Of a stretch of DNA of 64,000 nt, positions 22,297-31,146 are shown one piece after another. Source of the DNA: Clostridiales bacterium (GTDB lineage Bacteria; Bacillota; Clostridia; Lachnospirales; Lachnospiraceae). The DNA is taken from NCBI GenBank assembly GCA_012523775.1, contig JAAYTK010000074.1, positions 7,055-71,054 of the forward strand, read 5' to 3'. Position numbers and translations under genes: made by a program. Position 1 is the stretch's first letter. Every line of letters starts with the position of its first letter. The notes beneath the pieces were generated by a model, which did not search any database, had not been told where the DNA came from, and worked only from the letters and a program-made list of their open reading frames with translations.

Positions 22297-22576
22297 TTCG
22301 TTCAACTCCCTATTATAAAATTAGCCATATAGCCACATTTTTCATAGTATCACTTTTATTTTGTTTTAGCAAGCTAAAACTGTAATGTATCAACACGTGA
22401 CTAACATAACTAATGTATGCTTGAAATTTTATAATGTGTGTTTTTCATATTAATAAATGCTAAAATTAAAACACTTAGTTATTCGGTCGGGTAATCAAGA
22501 ATCATGATTGACACAAGCATTCTTTTTGAGCTACAATAAAATCAATTTTAGTAGATGGACTAAGGAGGATTAAATT

Positions 22577-23734
22577 ATGGAATTTTTATATGAGGGGTTA
22601 TTAGCCATAACACCGGAGCAATGGATAATGTATGCCGTAGGCATTCTGCTTATATACCTGGCTATAGCCAAAGGCTTTGAACCGTCTCTATTACTCCCAA
22701 TGGGCTTTGGCGCCATATTGGTTAACATCCCTGCTTCAGGTGTTCTGACACAGGAACTTCCCGGATTAAGCGAGAAGGCTACCGGAATTATTCAATGGCT
22801 GTTTGATGTGGGTATTGAGGCTTCGGAGGCTTTACCTATATTACTGTTTATAGGTATAGGGGCAATGATAGATTTCGGACCACTATTATCTAATCCTAAA
22901 ATGTTTCTGTTCGGTGCTGCCGCACAGTTTGGTATTTTTGCCACGATAGTTTTGGCAGTAGCGTTTGGATTTGAAATCAACGATGCCGCTTCAATTGGAA
23001 TTATCGGTGCAGCGGATGGACCTACTTCTATATTGGTTTCTAAGATATTAAAATCTCAGTATTTAGGAGCTATTGCAGTTGCCGCATATTCCTATATGGC
23101 ATTGGTGCCGCTTGTACAACCCTTTGCAATCAAGCTGGTTACTACAAAAAAGGAACGTTTAATTCGCATGGATTACAATCCCAAATCGGTTACTAAGACT
23201 ACCCGAATTCTATTTCCAATCATAGTTACATTTGTGGCAGGACTGGTTGCTCCTACCTCAGTCGCATTAGTAGGGTTCTTAATGTTCGGCAACTTAATTC
23301 GTGAATGCGGCGTTCTTAACGCACTTTCAGAGACTGCTCAGAATGCATTAGCTAATCTAATTACCTTACTACTCGGTATCACTATTTCCTTCAGTATGAA
23401 GGCAGAAGATTTTGTTAACTGGCGAACCTTAATGATAATGGGCTTAGGCTTATTAGCATTTGTATTCGATACTATAGGCGGTGTACTGTTTGCTAAGTTC
23501 CTTAACCTGTTCCTGAAAAAGGGTAAAAAGATTAATCCGATGGTCGGTGCCGCAGGTATCTCTGCATTCCCTATGTCAGCCAGGGTTGTTCAGAAAATGG
23601 GATTAAAAGAAGATCCTTCTAATCATCTACTGATGCATGCAATCAGTGCTAACGTATCCGGTCAGATTGCATCCGTAGTGGCAGGCGGTGCAATAATTAA
23701 AATAGTCAGTGACATACTCTCTAACATGCCTTAA
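22577..23734 (+). CDS. oadB: Sodium-translocating decarboxylase beta subunit
   Basis: FEPSLLLPMGFGAILVN, FIGIGAMIDFGPL, IGIIGAADGPT, AAYSYMALVP and GISAFPMSAR motifs. Confidence 0.95.
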   Translation: MEFLYEGLLAITPEQWIMYAVGILLIYLAIAKGFEPSLLLPMGFGAILVNIPASGVLTQELPGLSEKATGIIQWLFDVGIEASEALPILLFIGIGAMIDFGPLLSNPKMFLFGAAAQFGIFATIVLAVAFGFEINDAASIGIIGAADGPTSILVSKILKSQYLGAIAVAAYSYMALVPLVQPFAIKLVTTKKERLIRMDYNPKSVTKTTRILFPIIVTFVAGLVAPTSVALVGFLMFGNLIRECGVLNALSETAQNALANLITLLLGITISFSMKAEDFVNWRTLMIMGLGLLAFVFDTIGGVLFAKFLNLFLKKGKKINPMVGAAGISAFPMSARVVQKMGLKEDPSNHLLMHAISANVSGQIASVVAGGAIIKIVSDILSNMP

Positions 23735-23748
23735 AGAAAGGAGCAATA

Positions 23749-23901
23749 ATGATGCAAAATATTATGTATGCATTAGAAATTATGGGTAAGGGTATGGCCA
23801 GCATCTTTGCGGTTATCTTCTTACTTACCTTCATAGTTATATTGATGGGAAAAATAACGGATTATAAAAGAAAGAATAAAAGCAGCCAGGAAGAGGCATA
23901 A
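23749..23901 (+). CDS. oadG: OadG-like small gamma subunit (50 aa; absent from ORF track)
   Basis: SD AAGGAG, then MMQNIMYALEIMGKGMASIFAVIFLLTFIVILMGKITDYKRKNKSSQEEA. Single TM helix with a G.GM..IF pattern, directly after oadB. Confidence 0.75.
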   Translation: MMQNIMYALEIMGKGMASIFAVIFLLTFIVILMGKITDYKRKNKSSQEEA

Positions 23902-23918
23902 AGTATAAGAAACGCCAT

Positions 23919-23969
23919 AAGAGGTGCTGGGTACCAACCGAATGATATGGTACCCGGCACCTCTTATTT
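23919..23969. terminator. Probable bidirectional terminator (oadG / S8 protease)
   Basis: AAGAGGTGCTGGGTACCA...TGGTACCCGGCACCTCTT, an 18-bp stem. Confidence 0.7.
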
Positions 23970-25725
23970 ATAACATCATATTTCTAAATGTATTCTCAAG
24001 ACATAGAGCACCATAACCAAGAATAGGATTGGGATATACCACTTCGATTCTAAGGGGCCTTGCACCGTCTATGAGATAAGCCTTTAGCTTCTCCCCGTAC
24101 ATGTATAGGTCATTTCTCCGTATAATACCCCATTCCATCAATAGAGCGGCACTTCCTGTCACAAAGGGAGTTGCCATAGATGTTCCCGAGCGAATGGAAT
24201 AGCCTCCCCCCGGTGCACATGAGTTTATATTTACTCCCGGTGCTACAATATCAGGCTTAATACCCAGATTTCTTGTAAATCCTCTCCCCGAAAACGGTGC
24301 ATAGCTTCCGGTAAAGGCATTATATGCACCTACGGATATAGCCCTGTAGGCTGTTGAAGGTATGGTAAGAGTGGTATATTCAGAAGAAAGCAAAAACCTT
24401 GTCGCCGGACTTTTTGCTCCGCCGGAGGGTAGCCACATATCATAATTGCCCACCACTATACGTCTGGGAACCATCTCGATCCTCCATACTCCGGAATTAA
24501 TATAGGTGTTCGTCGGTATGAATTCAATATATATCTCCTGCTGACCGTTATAAGGAGTGGGTTCTCCATAATATAAGAATATCTCGGTCTGAGCCACCCG
24601 AAACTGTTGGGTACCTAATATGCTGGGAATCGGTCCTACACGAACTCCGTTTGGGGCTATTATGGATATATCAAAATGATCGAAATAGTTTTTCCATATC
24701 TGTATGTTTAAAGAGAATTCAAATTCACTGACTGCAAAATCTACAGTCTCCGTGGTTCCCATCTGAAGAATTCCCCCCGCGTGGTTTCCCTCCGCACCTT
24801 CGTTACCGGTTCCGATAGCAATACTGGTTCTTCCTACATCAGCAATGTCATCAATAAAGCTTTCCAATAATGATCTTCCGGTATGTGAACCATAATTGTT
24901 ACCGAAGCTGATATTGACTGCAAGCGGCCTTCCCGAGGATATCCCATACTGCACAACAAACTCAAGTGCCTCCATAAGCTGCGTCGTCCTGGGAAATGAA
25001 CCGCTTAGAGATTCGCCAAGCTTTACAACAAGTAATTCACTGGAGGACGCCACTCCCCTATACAGACCGTTGCTTGCTCTTCCGTTACCGGCAGCTATGC
25101 CTGCCACATGTGTTCCGTGTCCCGATAGGTCCACGCTGGGAACAATATCAAGACGCTGTGGCATAGGTGTCTGTAACGCCTCATTAATCTGCTCCCTTGT
25201 ATATAGAGTACCGATACGAAACCCCACCGGAGGATTTCCGGGGATTGTCTGATCCCAAATAGCTTCTATCCTCGTACTGCCGTCCTCATTTCGAAAATCA
25301 GGATGCGAATAATCTATTCCCGAATCGATTATTGCAATTAATACTCCCTCGCCGAATAGGTTAAATGGAGCCTGCTGAGTCGGATTAATACATGAAGCCA
25401 GCCTTCCTTCGTTAACCTCATAGAATAATCTCTTAGGTTTTTCTATGAATTCAACCTCCATATAGTTTATCAGACTGTCTATTAAATCCTCGGGTATTGT
25501 TATTATGGCATATCCGCCGGAAAGCTCCACAACACCTATATTAAGCTCCTGTACTATTCGTTCGAGGCTACCGCTATACTTAACGATTAACTCCCATGTG
25601 TTTGTCTCAGGCTCAAAGCCTACATCCAGGTCAAGTGTTCTTTCTCTTACATTTTCAGGTACGTCCAATGCCAAATTTAACTGATTATCTATGATACCGC
25701 TATTAACTCTATTTATTCTGTTCAT
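23968..25725 (-). CDS. S8 subtilisin-like protease, Csp (CspA/CspB) germination-protease type
   Basis: Intact triad IIDSG / HGTHVAG / GTSMA, an N-terminal prodomain, a jelly-roll-type insertion, and C-terminal YPNPILGYG typical of clostridial Csp proteins. Confidence 0.85.
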   Translation of the reverse strand: MNRINRVNSGIIDNQLNLALDVPENVRERTLDLDVGFEPETNTWELIVKYSGSLERIVQELNIGVVELSGGYAIITIPEDLIDSLINYMEVEFIEKPKRLFYEVNEGRLASCINPTQQAPFNLFGEGVLIAIIDSGIDYSHPDFRNEDGSTRIEAIWDQTIPGNPPVGFRIGTLYTREQINEALQTPMPQRLDIVPSVDLSGHGTHVAGIAAGNGRASNGLYRGVASSSELLVVKLGESLSGSFPRTTQLMEALEFVVQYGISSGRPLAVNISFGNNYGSHTGRSLLESFIDDIADVGRTSIAIGTGNEGAEGNHAGGILQMGTTETVDFAVSEFEFSLNIQIWKNYFDHFDISIIAPNGVRVGPIPSILGTQQFRVAQTEIFLYYGEPTPYNGQQEIYIEFIPTNTYINSGVWRIEMVPRRIVVGNYDMWLPSGGAKSPATRFLLSSEYTTLTIPSTAYRAISVGAYNAFTGSYAPFSGRGFTRNLGIKPDIVAPGVNINSCAPGGGYSIRSGTSMATPFVTGSAALLMEWGIIRRNDLYMYGEKLKAYLIDGARPLRIEVVYPNPILGYGALCLENTFRNMML

Positions 25726-25753
25726 CCTGACTTTCGCTCCGAATTCGCTTTAC

Positions 25754-25782
25754 TCTATTATATGCCCTACCCCATTTCCATA
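25754..25782 (-). promoter_or_regulatory. SigE-like sporulation promoter for the Csp protease
   Basis: Minus strand AATATAT-14 nt-CATATAAT matches the SigE pattern ATA-N17-CATAnnnT. Confidence 0.45.
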
Positions 25783-25862
25783 TATTGATTATGGAATTAT
25801 TATTTAAAGATGTTACAATATTTGTGGAATTATGTAATATAATAATGACCGGAGGGAGTATA

Positions 25863-27590
25863 ATGAGAAAAATCATGATTCCTGTAATGTTTGCTTTACT
25901 CGTTATTCTGATAGCGGCAGGAATTTATAGTATGAATATATCAAAGCATGAACTTTCATATCCTTCTTTTTTAGAGGCCGTGGAAGAAGGACGGGTGACG
26001 AAAGTTATAATATATAAAAACGGCAGTACTCTGGATGGCTATATGTCGGACAATCCCAATATAAAGTATACAATTCCAAATCCAATGACCGAGGATTTCA
26101 TTGAATATCTCCTTATTAATGATATAACGGTATCCTATAAGAGCAACAGCTTTTCCGGTATTGCCGGAGTTATAGTCGTTGCGGTGGTTGCATTTGGCAT
26201 CATATATTATACCCGCAGCGGAGGCTCGGTAAATAATCTTATTAAAGATGCCAACAAAAAGGATGAAAGTGGCAGAATCACTCTGGACTCCGTTGCCGGC
26301 AATACTGAAGCCAAATCCATGGTTGAAGATATTATTGGCTTTATTAAAAATCCCGCACAATATACCGATGTGGGTGCCCGTATGCCTAAGGGACTTCTTT
26401 TCTATGGTCCTCCGGGAACAGGTAAAACCCTTATGGCAAAGGCTATTGCAGGCGAGGCGAATGTTCCTTTCTATGCAATGAGTGGCTCCGATTTCGTACA
26501 GATGTATGTGGGTGTAGGCGCAAGTCGGATTCGAAACCTTTTTAATAAGGCAAAAAAACATGAAAAGGCAGTAATTTTTATTGACGAAATAGATGCCATA
26601 GGTAAGAAAAGAGCCCGTAACAGCTCTGCCAGTAATGACGAAAGAGATCAGACTCTCAATGCATTACTTACGGAAATGTCAGGCTTTCATGATAACCAGG
26701 GTATAGTCGTGATTGGTGCTACCAACCGAATGGACACCCTGGATGAAGCCCTTCTTCGGCCCGGACGGTTTGACAGGCAAATAGAAATAGGGCTTCCCGA
26801 CGTGAACTCAAGAGAGAAAATACTTAGACTTCATACTAAGAATAAGCCTCTGTCAGAAGATGTTGACCTAAAGGCTTTGGCAAAATCCACCGTAGGCTTC
26901 TCAGGGGCAATGCTGGAAAATCTGCTAAACGAGGCTGCCATAACGGCAGCTAACGACCATAAATCAATAATCAGTCAAAGGCATATTGACAGAGCCTTTT
27001 ACACAGTAGTTGCAGGTGCACCGAAGACTGATTTAAGCTATATATCCACCCGTGAAAGGGAAATAACCGCCTATCATGAGGCGGGACATGCTCTCGCAAC
27101 CAAACTCCTGCTTCCGGAAAATTATATATCGAAGGTAACGATTATTCCCAGTGTCAGAGGTGCCGGCGGCTTTAATCTTAGTATTCCGAAGGATACCATG
27201 TATCGGTCCCAGAGACAAATTCTGGGAAGCATTAAGATATTGTTGGCCGGAAGAGCCGCAGAGGAAATCATATTCGGCTCTCATGAGGTGACGACGGGAG
27301 CAAGCCATGATATTCAAAGAGCATCCTCACTTATCGTGGACTATACGAATAAATACGGCATGGATCCCGACATGGGTTTATTCAGCACACAGGTATTAAG
27401 CGAGGGAGTCGATAAGGACGTTATAGAAAAATGCCGGACAATAATAAATAACCTCTACGAGGAAACCAAGGAAATAATGGCTAAGAACATCTCCTTACTG
27501 GAGGGCATCGCAAAGGAGCTCCTCATAAAGGAATCCTTAAGTGGTGAGGATATAGATAAGCTCATTGCTTGTGAATCAAAAGCGGTTTAG
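25863..27590 (+). CDS. ftsH: FtsH-family AAA+ zinc metalloprotease (short, probably a paralogue)
   Basis: Two TM segments, GPPGTGKT, IFIDEID, LLRPGRFDR and HEAGH. Start moved to ATG 25863 (SD GGAGGGAG). Confidence 0.9.
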   Translation: MRKIMIPVMFALLVILIAAGIYSMNISKHELSYPSFLEAVEEGRVTKVIIYKNGSTLDGYMSDNPNIKYTIPNPMTEDFIEYLLINDITVSYKSNSFSGIAGVIVVAVVAFGIIYYTRSGGSVNNLIKDANKKDESGRITLDSVAGNTEAKSMVEDIIGFIKNPAQYTDVGARMPKGLLFYGPPGTGKTLMAKAIAGEANVPFYAMSGSDFVQMYVGVGASRIRNLFNKAKKHEKAVIFIDEIDAIGKKRARNSSASNDERDQTLNALLTEMSGFHDNQGIVVIGATNRMDTLDEALLRPGRFDRQIEIGLPDVNSREKILRLHTKNKPLSEDVDLKALAKSTVGFSGAMLENLLNEAAITAANDHKSIISQRHIDRAFYTVVAGAPKTDLSYISTREREITAYHEAGHALATKLLLPENYISKVTIIPSVRGAGGFNLSIPKDTMYRSQRQILGSIKILLAGRAAEEIIFGSHEVTTGASHDIQRASSLIVDYTNKYGMDPDMGLFSTQVLSEGVDKDVIEKCRTIINNLYEETKEIMAKNISLLEGIAKELLIKESLSGEDIDKLIACESKAV

Positions 27591-29373
27591 ACAGCTTACA
27601 CACCCTTCTGTCATAGGTGAAGAGTCCATTCACTTCATCCTCGATATCTGAAAGCTGGGTGTAGACAACAGCAGACAAGCCTTCCTTTATCATAATCGTT
27701 ATGTCCTCTTGATAGAGTCTCTGTAATGCCGATTCTAAAGCTTCCGTGCCGTTATATAACCTGTAGCCATAAATTCTTGGCGAATAAGAATGACCTGAAA
27801 TATAACAGGCATACCCACCAAATTCAGATAATACTACTGAACGTCCTCTTTTATCAGAAGTATATTTTAAAGGATGGAAGTAATTATGTATGCTTTTAAA
27901 ATCTCCTCCCTTTTGATCGTACCAGCCACTGGCCTGATCAATCAGTCTCGTATCATCGATTGAACGAATCAGAGTCGTTATTTTATTTGCATCGAATTGT
28001 CCCCATCCCTCGTTAAAGGGAACCCATACAACTATAGATGGATTATTATAAAGATGCCTTATGGTATCTTCACATTCCCGAATCCATTCCCTTCTTCCGT
28101 CTGCATTTTTACGACCGAATAGCAGATAGTGTTTATCCTTAATTCTGCATGCTAAACACGGGAATATTGTGGGAAGATACCCAACCAGAAGCTTATTATA
28201 CCTGCCACCCCCGTTAACCATATCCTGCCATACCAGCATACCAAGTCTGTCACAATGATAATACCAACGCAGTGGCTCTAGCTTAATATGTTTTCTAAGC
28301 ATATTAAAGCCCAAGGCCTTAGCCTGCTCTATGTCAAAAATCATGGCCTCATCACTGGGTGCGGTATATAGACCGTCAGGCCAATATCCCTGATCCAGAA
28401 GTCCGTTTTGAAAATACGGTTCATTATTCAGATAAATTCGGCTGATACCGTTCTCATCCTGCCTAACCTCAATTTTTCGCATGGCAAAATAGCTGTGGAC
28501 GATATCATCCCCTGCATATATTACCATATCGTATAAATGAGGATTTTCAGGACTCCAATATGTAAAATTCTTTATGGGTATATTCATGGTAGAGTTCTTG
28601 GTTATAAAGGAGTGGATCTTACGGCCATGATCATAGATATCTATCCGAAATAAATTTCTAGTGGCTTTATTTTCGGCACTCAGATTGACTGTTAGCCTTA
28701 GTATGCTCTCATCCACCAATGGTGTAATACTTAAGGAGGTTATATATATCTCCGGCACCCACTCCATCCAGACAGTCTGCCATATGCCACTTTGTGCGGT
28801 ATAAAACATACCGCCTCTCTTTAACTTCTGCTTTCCCCTGCTGTGATAAGATGTATCGGATGAGTCCTTAACCCTAACGGTCAGAAGGTTTCCACCCTCA
28901 ATTACATAATCCGTAATATCTGCGGAAAAAGGAAGATACCCGCCGACATGTTGCATTATACTGTTATAATTTATCAATATCTCACAGGCTTGGTCCACCG
29001 CACCGAAATTAAGGATTAAACGTTTTCCCGGATACTTTTTTTCAATAATCAAAGGTCTCTCATACCAAAGTATTTCATCGGGCTTAAGCTGACGGTTTAC
29101 TCCCGACAGTATGCTTTCCGGTGAAAATGGCACCAGTATTTTCCCTTCATAGTGTGATGGCCTAATGTCTGCGGATTCCTTTGTTATATTATAATTCCAG
29201 TATCCGTTTAAAATCGTATAATCATTTCGTCTCAGCTGTGGTCTTGGATATTCAGTCAGTACAGTGTCGGGATTCAACTCTTCTCCCCATTTTGTATAAA
29301 GCTGATTATAATTATTTTCCCTGCTCCTAAACAGTAAGGTTCGGACAGCATCCTTAAGCTTCAAATAATACAC
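27562..29373 (-). CDS. Glycoside hydrolase family 2 (intracellular)
   Basis: EYPRPQ, LNFGAVD, LDQGYWPDGLYTAP, RKHIK, WVPFNEGWGQ (acid/base) and LSEFGG (nucleophile). No signal peptide. Confidence 0.9.
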   Translation of the reverse strand: MYYLKLKDAVRTLLFRSRENNYNQLYTKWGEELNPDTVLTEYPRPQLRRNDYTILNGYWNYNITKESADIRPSHYEGKILVPFSPESILSGVNRQLKPDEILWYERPLIIEKKYPGKRLILNFGAVDQACEILINYNSIMQHVGGYLPFSADITDYVIEGGNLLTVRVKDSSDTSYHSRGKQKLKRGGMFYTAQSGIWQTVWMEWVPEIYITSLSITPLVDESILRLTVNLSAENKATRNLFRIDIYDHGRKIHSFITKNSTMNIPIKNFTYWSPENPHLYDMVIYAGDDIVHSYFAMRKIEVRQDENGISRIYLNNEPYFQNGLLDQGYWPDGLYTAPSDEAMIFDIEQAKALGFNMLRKHIKLEPLRWYYHCDRLGMLVWQDMVNGGGRYNKLLVGYLPTIFPCLACRIKDKHYLLFGRKNADGRREWIRECEDTIRHLYNNPSIVVWVPFNEGWGQFDANKITTLIRSIDDTRLIDQASGWYDQKGGDFKSIHNYFHPLKYTSDKRGRSVVLSEFGGYACYISGHSYSPRIYGYRLYNGTEALESALQRLYQEDITIMIKEGLSAVVYTQLSDIEDEVNGLFTYDRRVCKLSKPLLIHKQ

Positions 29374-29638
29374 CCCATTTCGCTATGCCATCTATAAACA
29401 ATCTTATGTATCCAGTGTACTGTATGCTATAAAATGTCGCAAGCTGTTTGTCCATACTAATCAAATATATGAATAAAACACATATATTATTCGGGTTTCC
29501 GGTCTTGTTATGTACATATTTAATATAAGAAAATCTATTTTAAATTATGAGCTTATATAGTAACCTTAAATTATAAAGAACATATAGTTACAGCATGTTA
29601 CAAAATACTAAAATACTATATACGAAGGGATGTTTTAA

Positions 29639-30997
29639 ATGGGTTTTCCAAAGGATTTTATTTGGGGTGCGGCTTCTGCATCATATCAGATCGAAGGAGC
29701 TGCTTTTGAAGACGGCAGAGGACCCTCTGTCTGGGATACATTTTCACATACTAAAGGAAAAGTTAAAAATGAGGATAACGGAGACATAGCCTGTGACCAT
29801 TATCATCGCTTTCGGGAGGACGTTAAGCTAATGAAGGACATGGGGCTTAAGGCGTACCGCTTCTCAATCAGCTGGTCCAGAGTACTTCCCGAGGGAATCG
29901 GCAGAATAAATGAAGACGGGCTCAGTTTCTATAGCGATTTGGTGGATGAGCTGTTAAAGGCAGGCATCGAGCCCTTTATTACACTGTTTCATTGGGACCT
30001 TCCTCAGGCATTATATGATAAGGGTGGCTGGCGTAACAGAGATATATCGGATTGGTTTGCACAGTATACAAAAGTAGTCGTGGATGCCTTATCCGACAGG
30101 GTCAGCAACTGGATGACTCTTAATGAGCCTCTATGTCACATTTTACTGGGCCATTACTTAGGTGAGCATGCTCCCGGTGAAAAGGTTTCTTCCACCGAGG
30201 CCTTAAGACTTCTGCACAATATGAACCTTGCCCATGGTAAGGCTGTACAGACAATTCGCAAACATGCCAAAAAGCCCTGTAATATAGGAGTTGTCCCCAA
30301 TCCATACTCAGGTGTTCCTGCAACTGACACCAAGGAGGATCTTGATGCGGCCAGAGCTTTTACCATCAGCGGCACCTCCAGAGGTATTTTTTCCAATGGC
30401 TGGTGGTTGGACCCTCTGCTTATCGGAGAGTATCCAAAGTATGGAATAGAGGCTATGGGTAATGAATTCCCTGCTGACATGATTAAGGACGGGGATATGG
30501 AGATTATATGTCAGAAGCTTGATTTTCTGGGAATTAATGTTTATACCGGTTTGGTAATTAAGCATGATGACGTCCATGGATACAAAGTGTGCCCACATAG
30601 AAACGGATATGATCAGAATGCTCTCAAATGGGCTGTGGTTCCAAAGGTTCTATATTATCTGCCTAAATTCCTTTATGAAAGATACAAGCTTCCAATCATA
30701 GTCGCCGAAAACGGGACAACCCTCCCGGATTGGGTAAGTCTTGACGGTAAGGTACATGACCCGAATCGTATAGATTATATGCATCGTTATATTAAGGAAC
30801 TTAAAAGAGCCTCTATGGATGGCATAGACATCAGAGGATATTTTGCATGGTCCATAATGGATAACTTCGAATGGTCCGAAGGGTATAATGAAAGATTTGG
30901 ACTAATACATATTGATTTTAATACACTAAAGCGTACTCCAAAGGACTCATATTATTGGTATCAAAATCTTATATTACACAACGGGGATAATATCTAA
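29639..30997 (+). CDS. bglA: GH1 beta-glucosidase/beta-glycosidase
   Basis: FIWGAASASYQIEG, YRFSISWSR, TLFHWDLP, TLNEP, VAENG and DNFEW motifs. No signal peptide. Confidence 0.93.
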   Translation: MGFPKDFIWGAASASYQIEGAAFEDGRGPSVWDTFSHTKGKVKNEDNGDIACDHYHRFREDVKLMKDMGLKAYRFSISWSRVLPEGIGRINEDGLSFYSDLVDELLKAGIEPFITLFHWDLPQALYDKGGWRNRDISDWFAQYTKVVVDALSDRVSNWMTLNEPLCHILLGHYLGEHAPGEKVSSTEALRLLHNMNLAHGKAVQTIRKHAKKPCNIGVVPNPYSGVPATDTKEDLDAARAFTISGTSRGIFSNGWWLDPLLIGEYPKYGIEAMGNEFPADMIKDGDMEIICQKLDFLGINVYTGLVIKHDDVHGYKVCPHRNGYDQNALKWAVVPKVLYYLPKFLYERYKLPIIVAENGTTLPDWVSLDGKVHDPNRIDYMHRYIKELKRASMDGIDIRGYFAWSIMDNFEWSEGYNERFGLIHIDFNTLKRTPKDSYYWYQNLILHNGDNI

Positions 30998-31146
30998 ATA
31001 GGATGAAATATCACTAAAATCTATTGTATTTCATTGATTTTAATGTTATCATTAGTAATAATAAGTCAATAATGGTTGTAATTGGTTTTGTTATGACTTT
31101 TAGTGATTATTAGACAATATTAAAGGTGAAAATAGGAGGTATTTTC

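Noticed and set aside
31010-31108. Inverted repeat ATCACTAAAA / TTTTAGTGAT flanking the GH1-MCP gap; no SigD promoter found
   Set aside because: The repeat is AT-rich with an about 80-nt loop, so chance is plausible. No TAAA-N15-GCCGATAT was seen.
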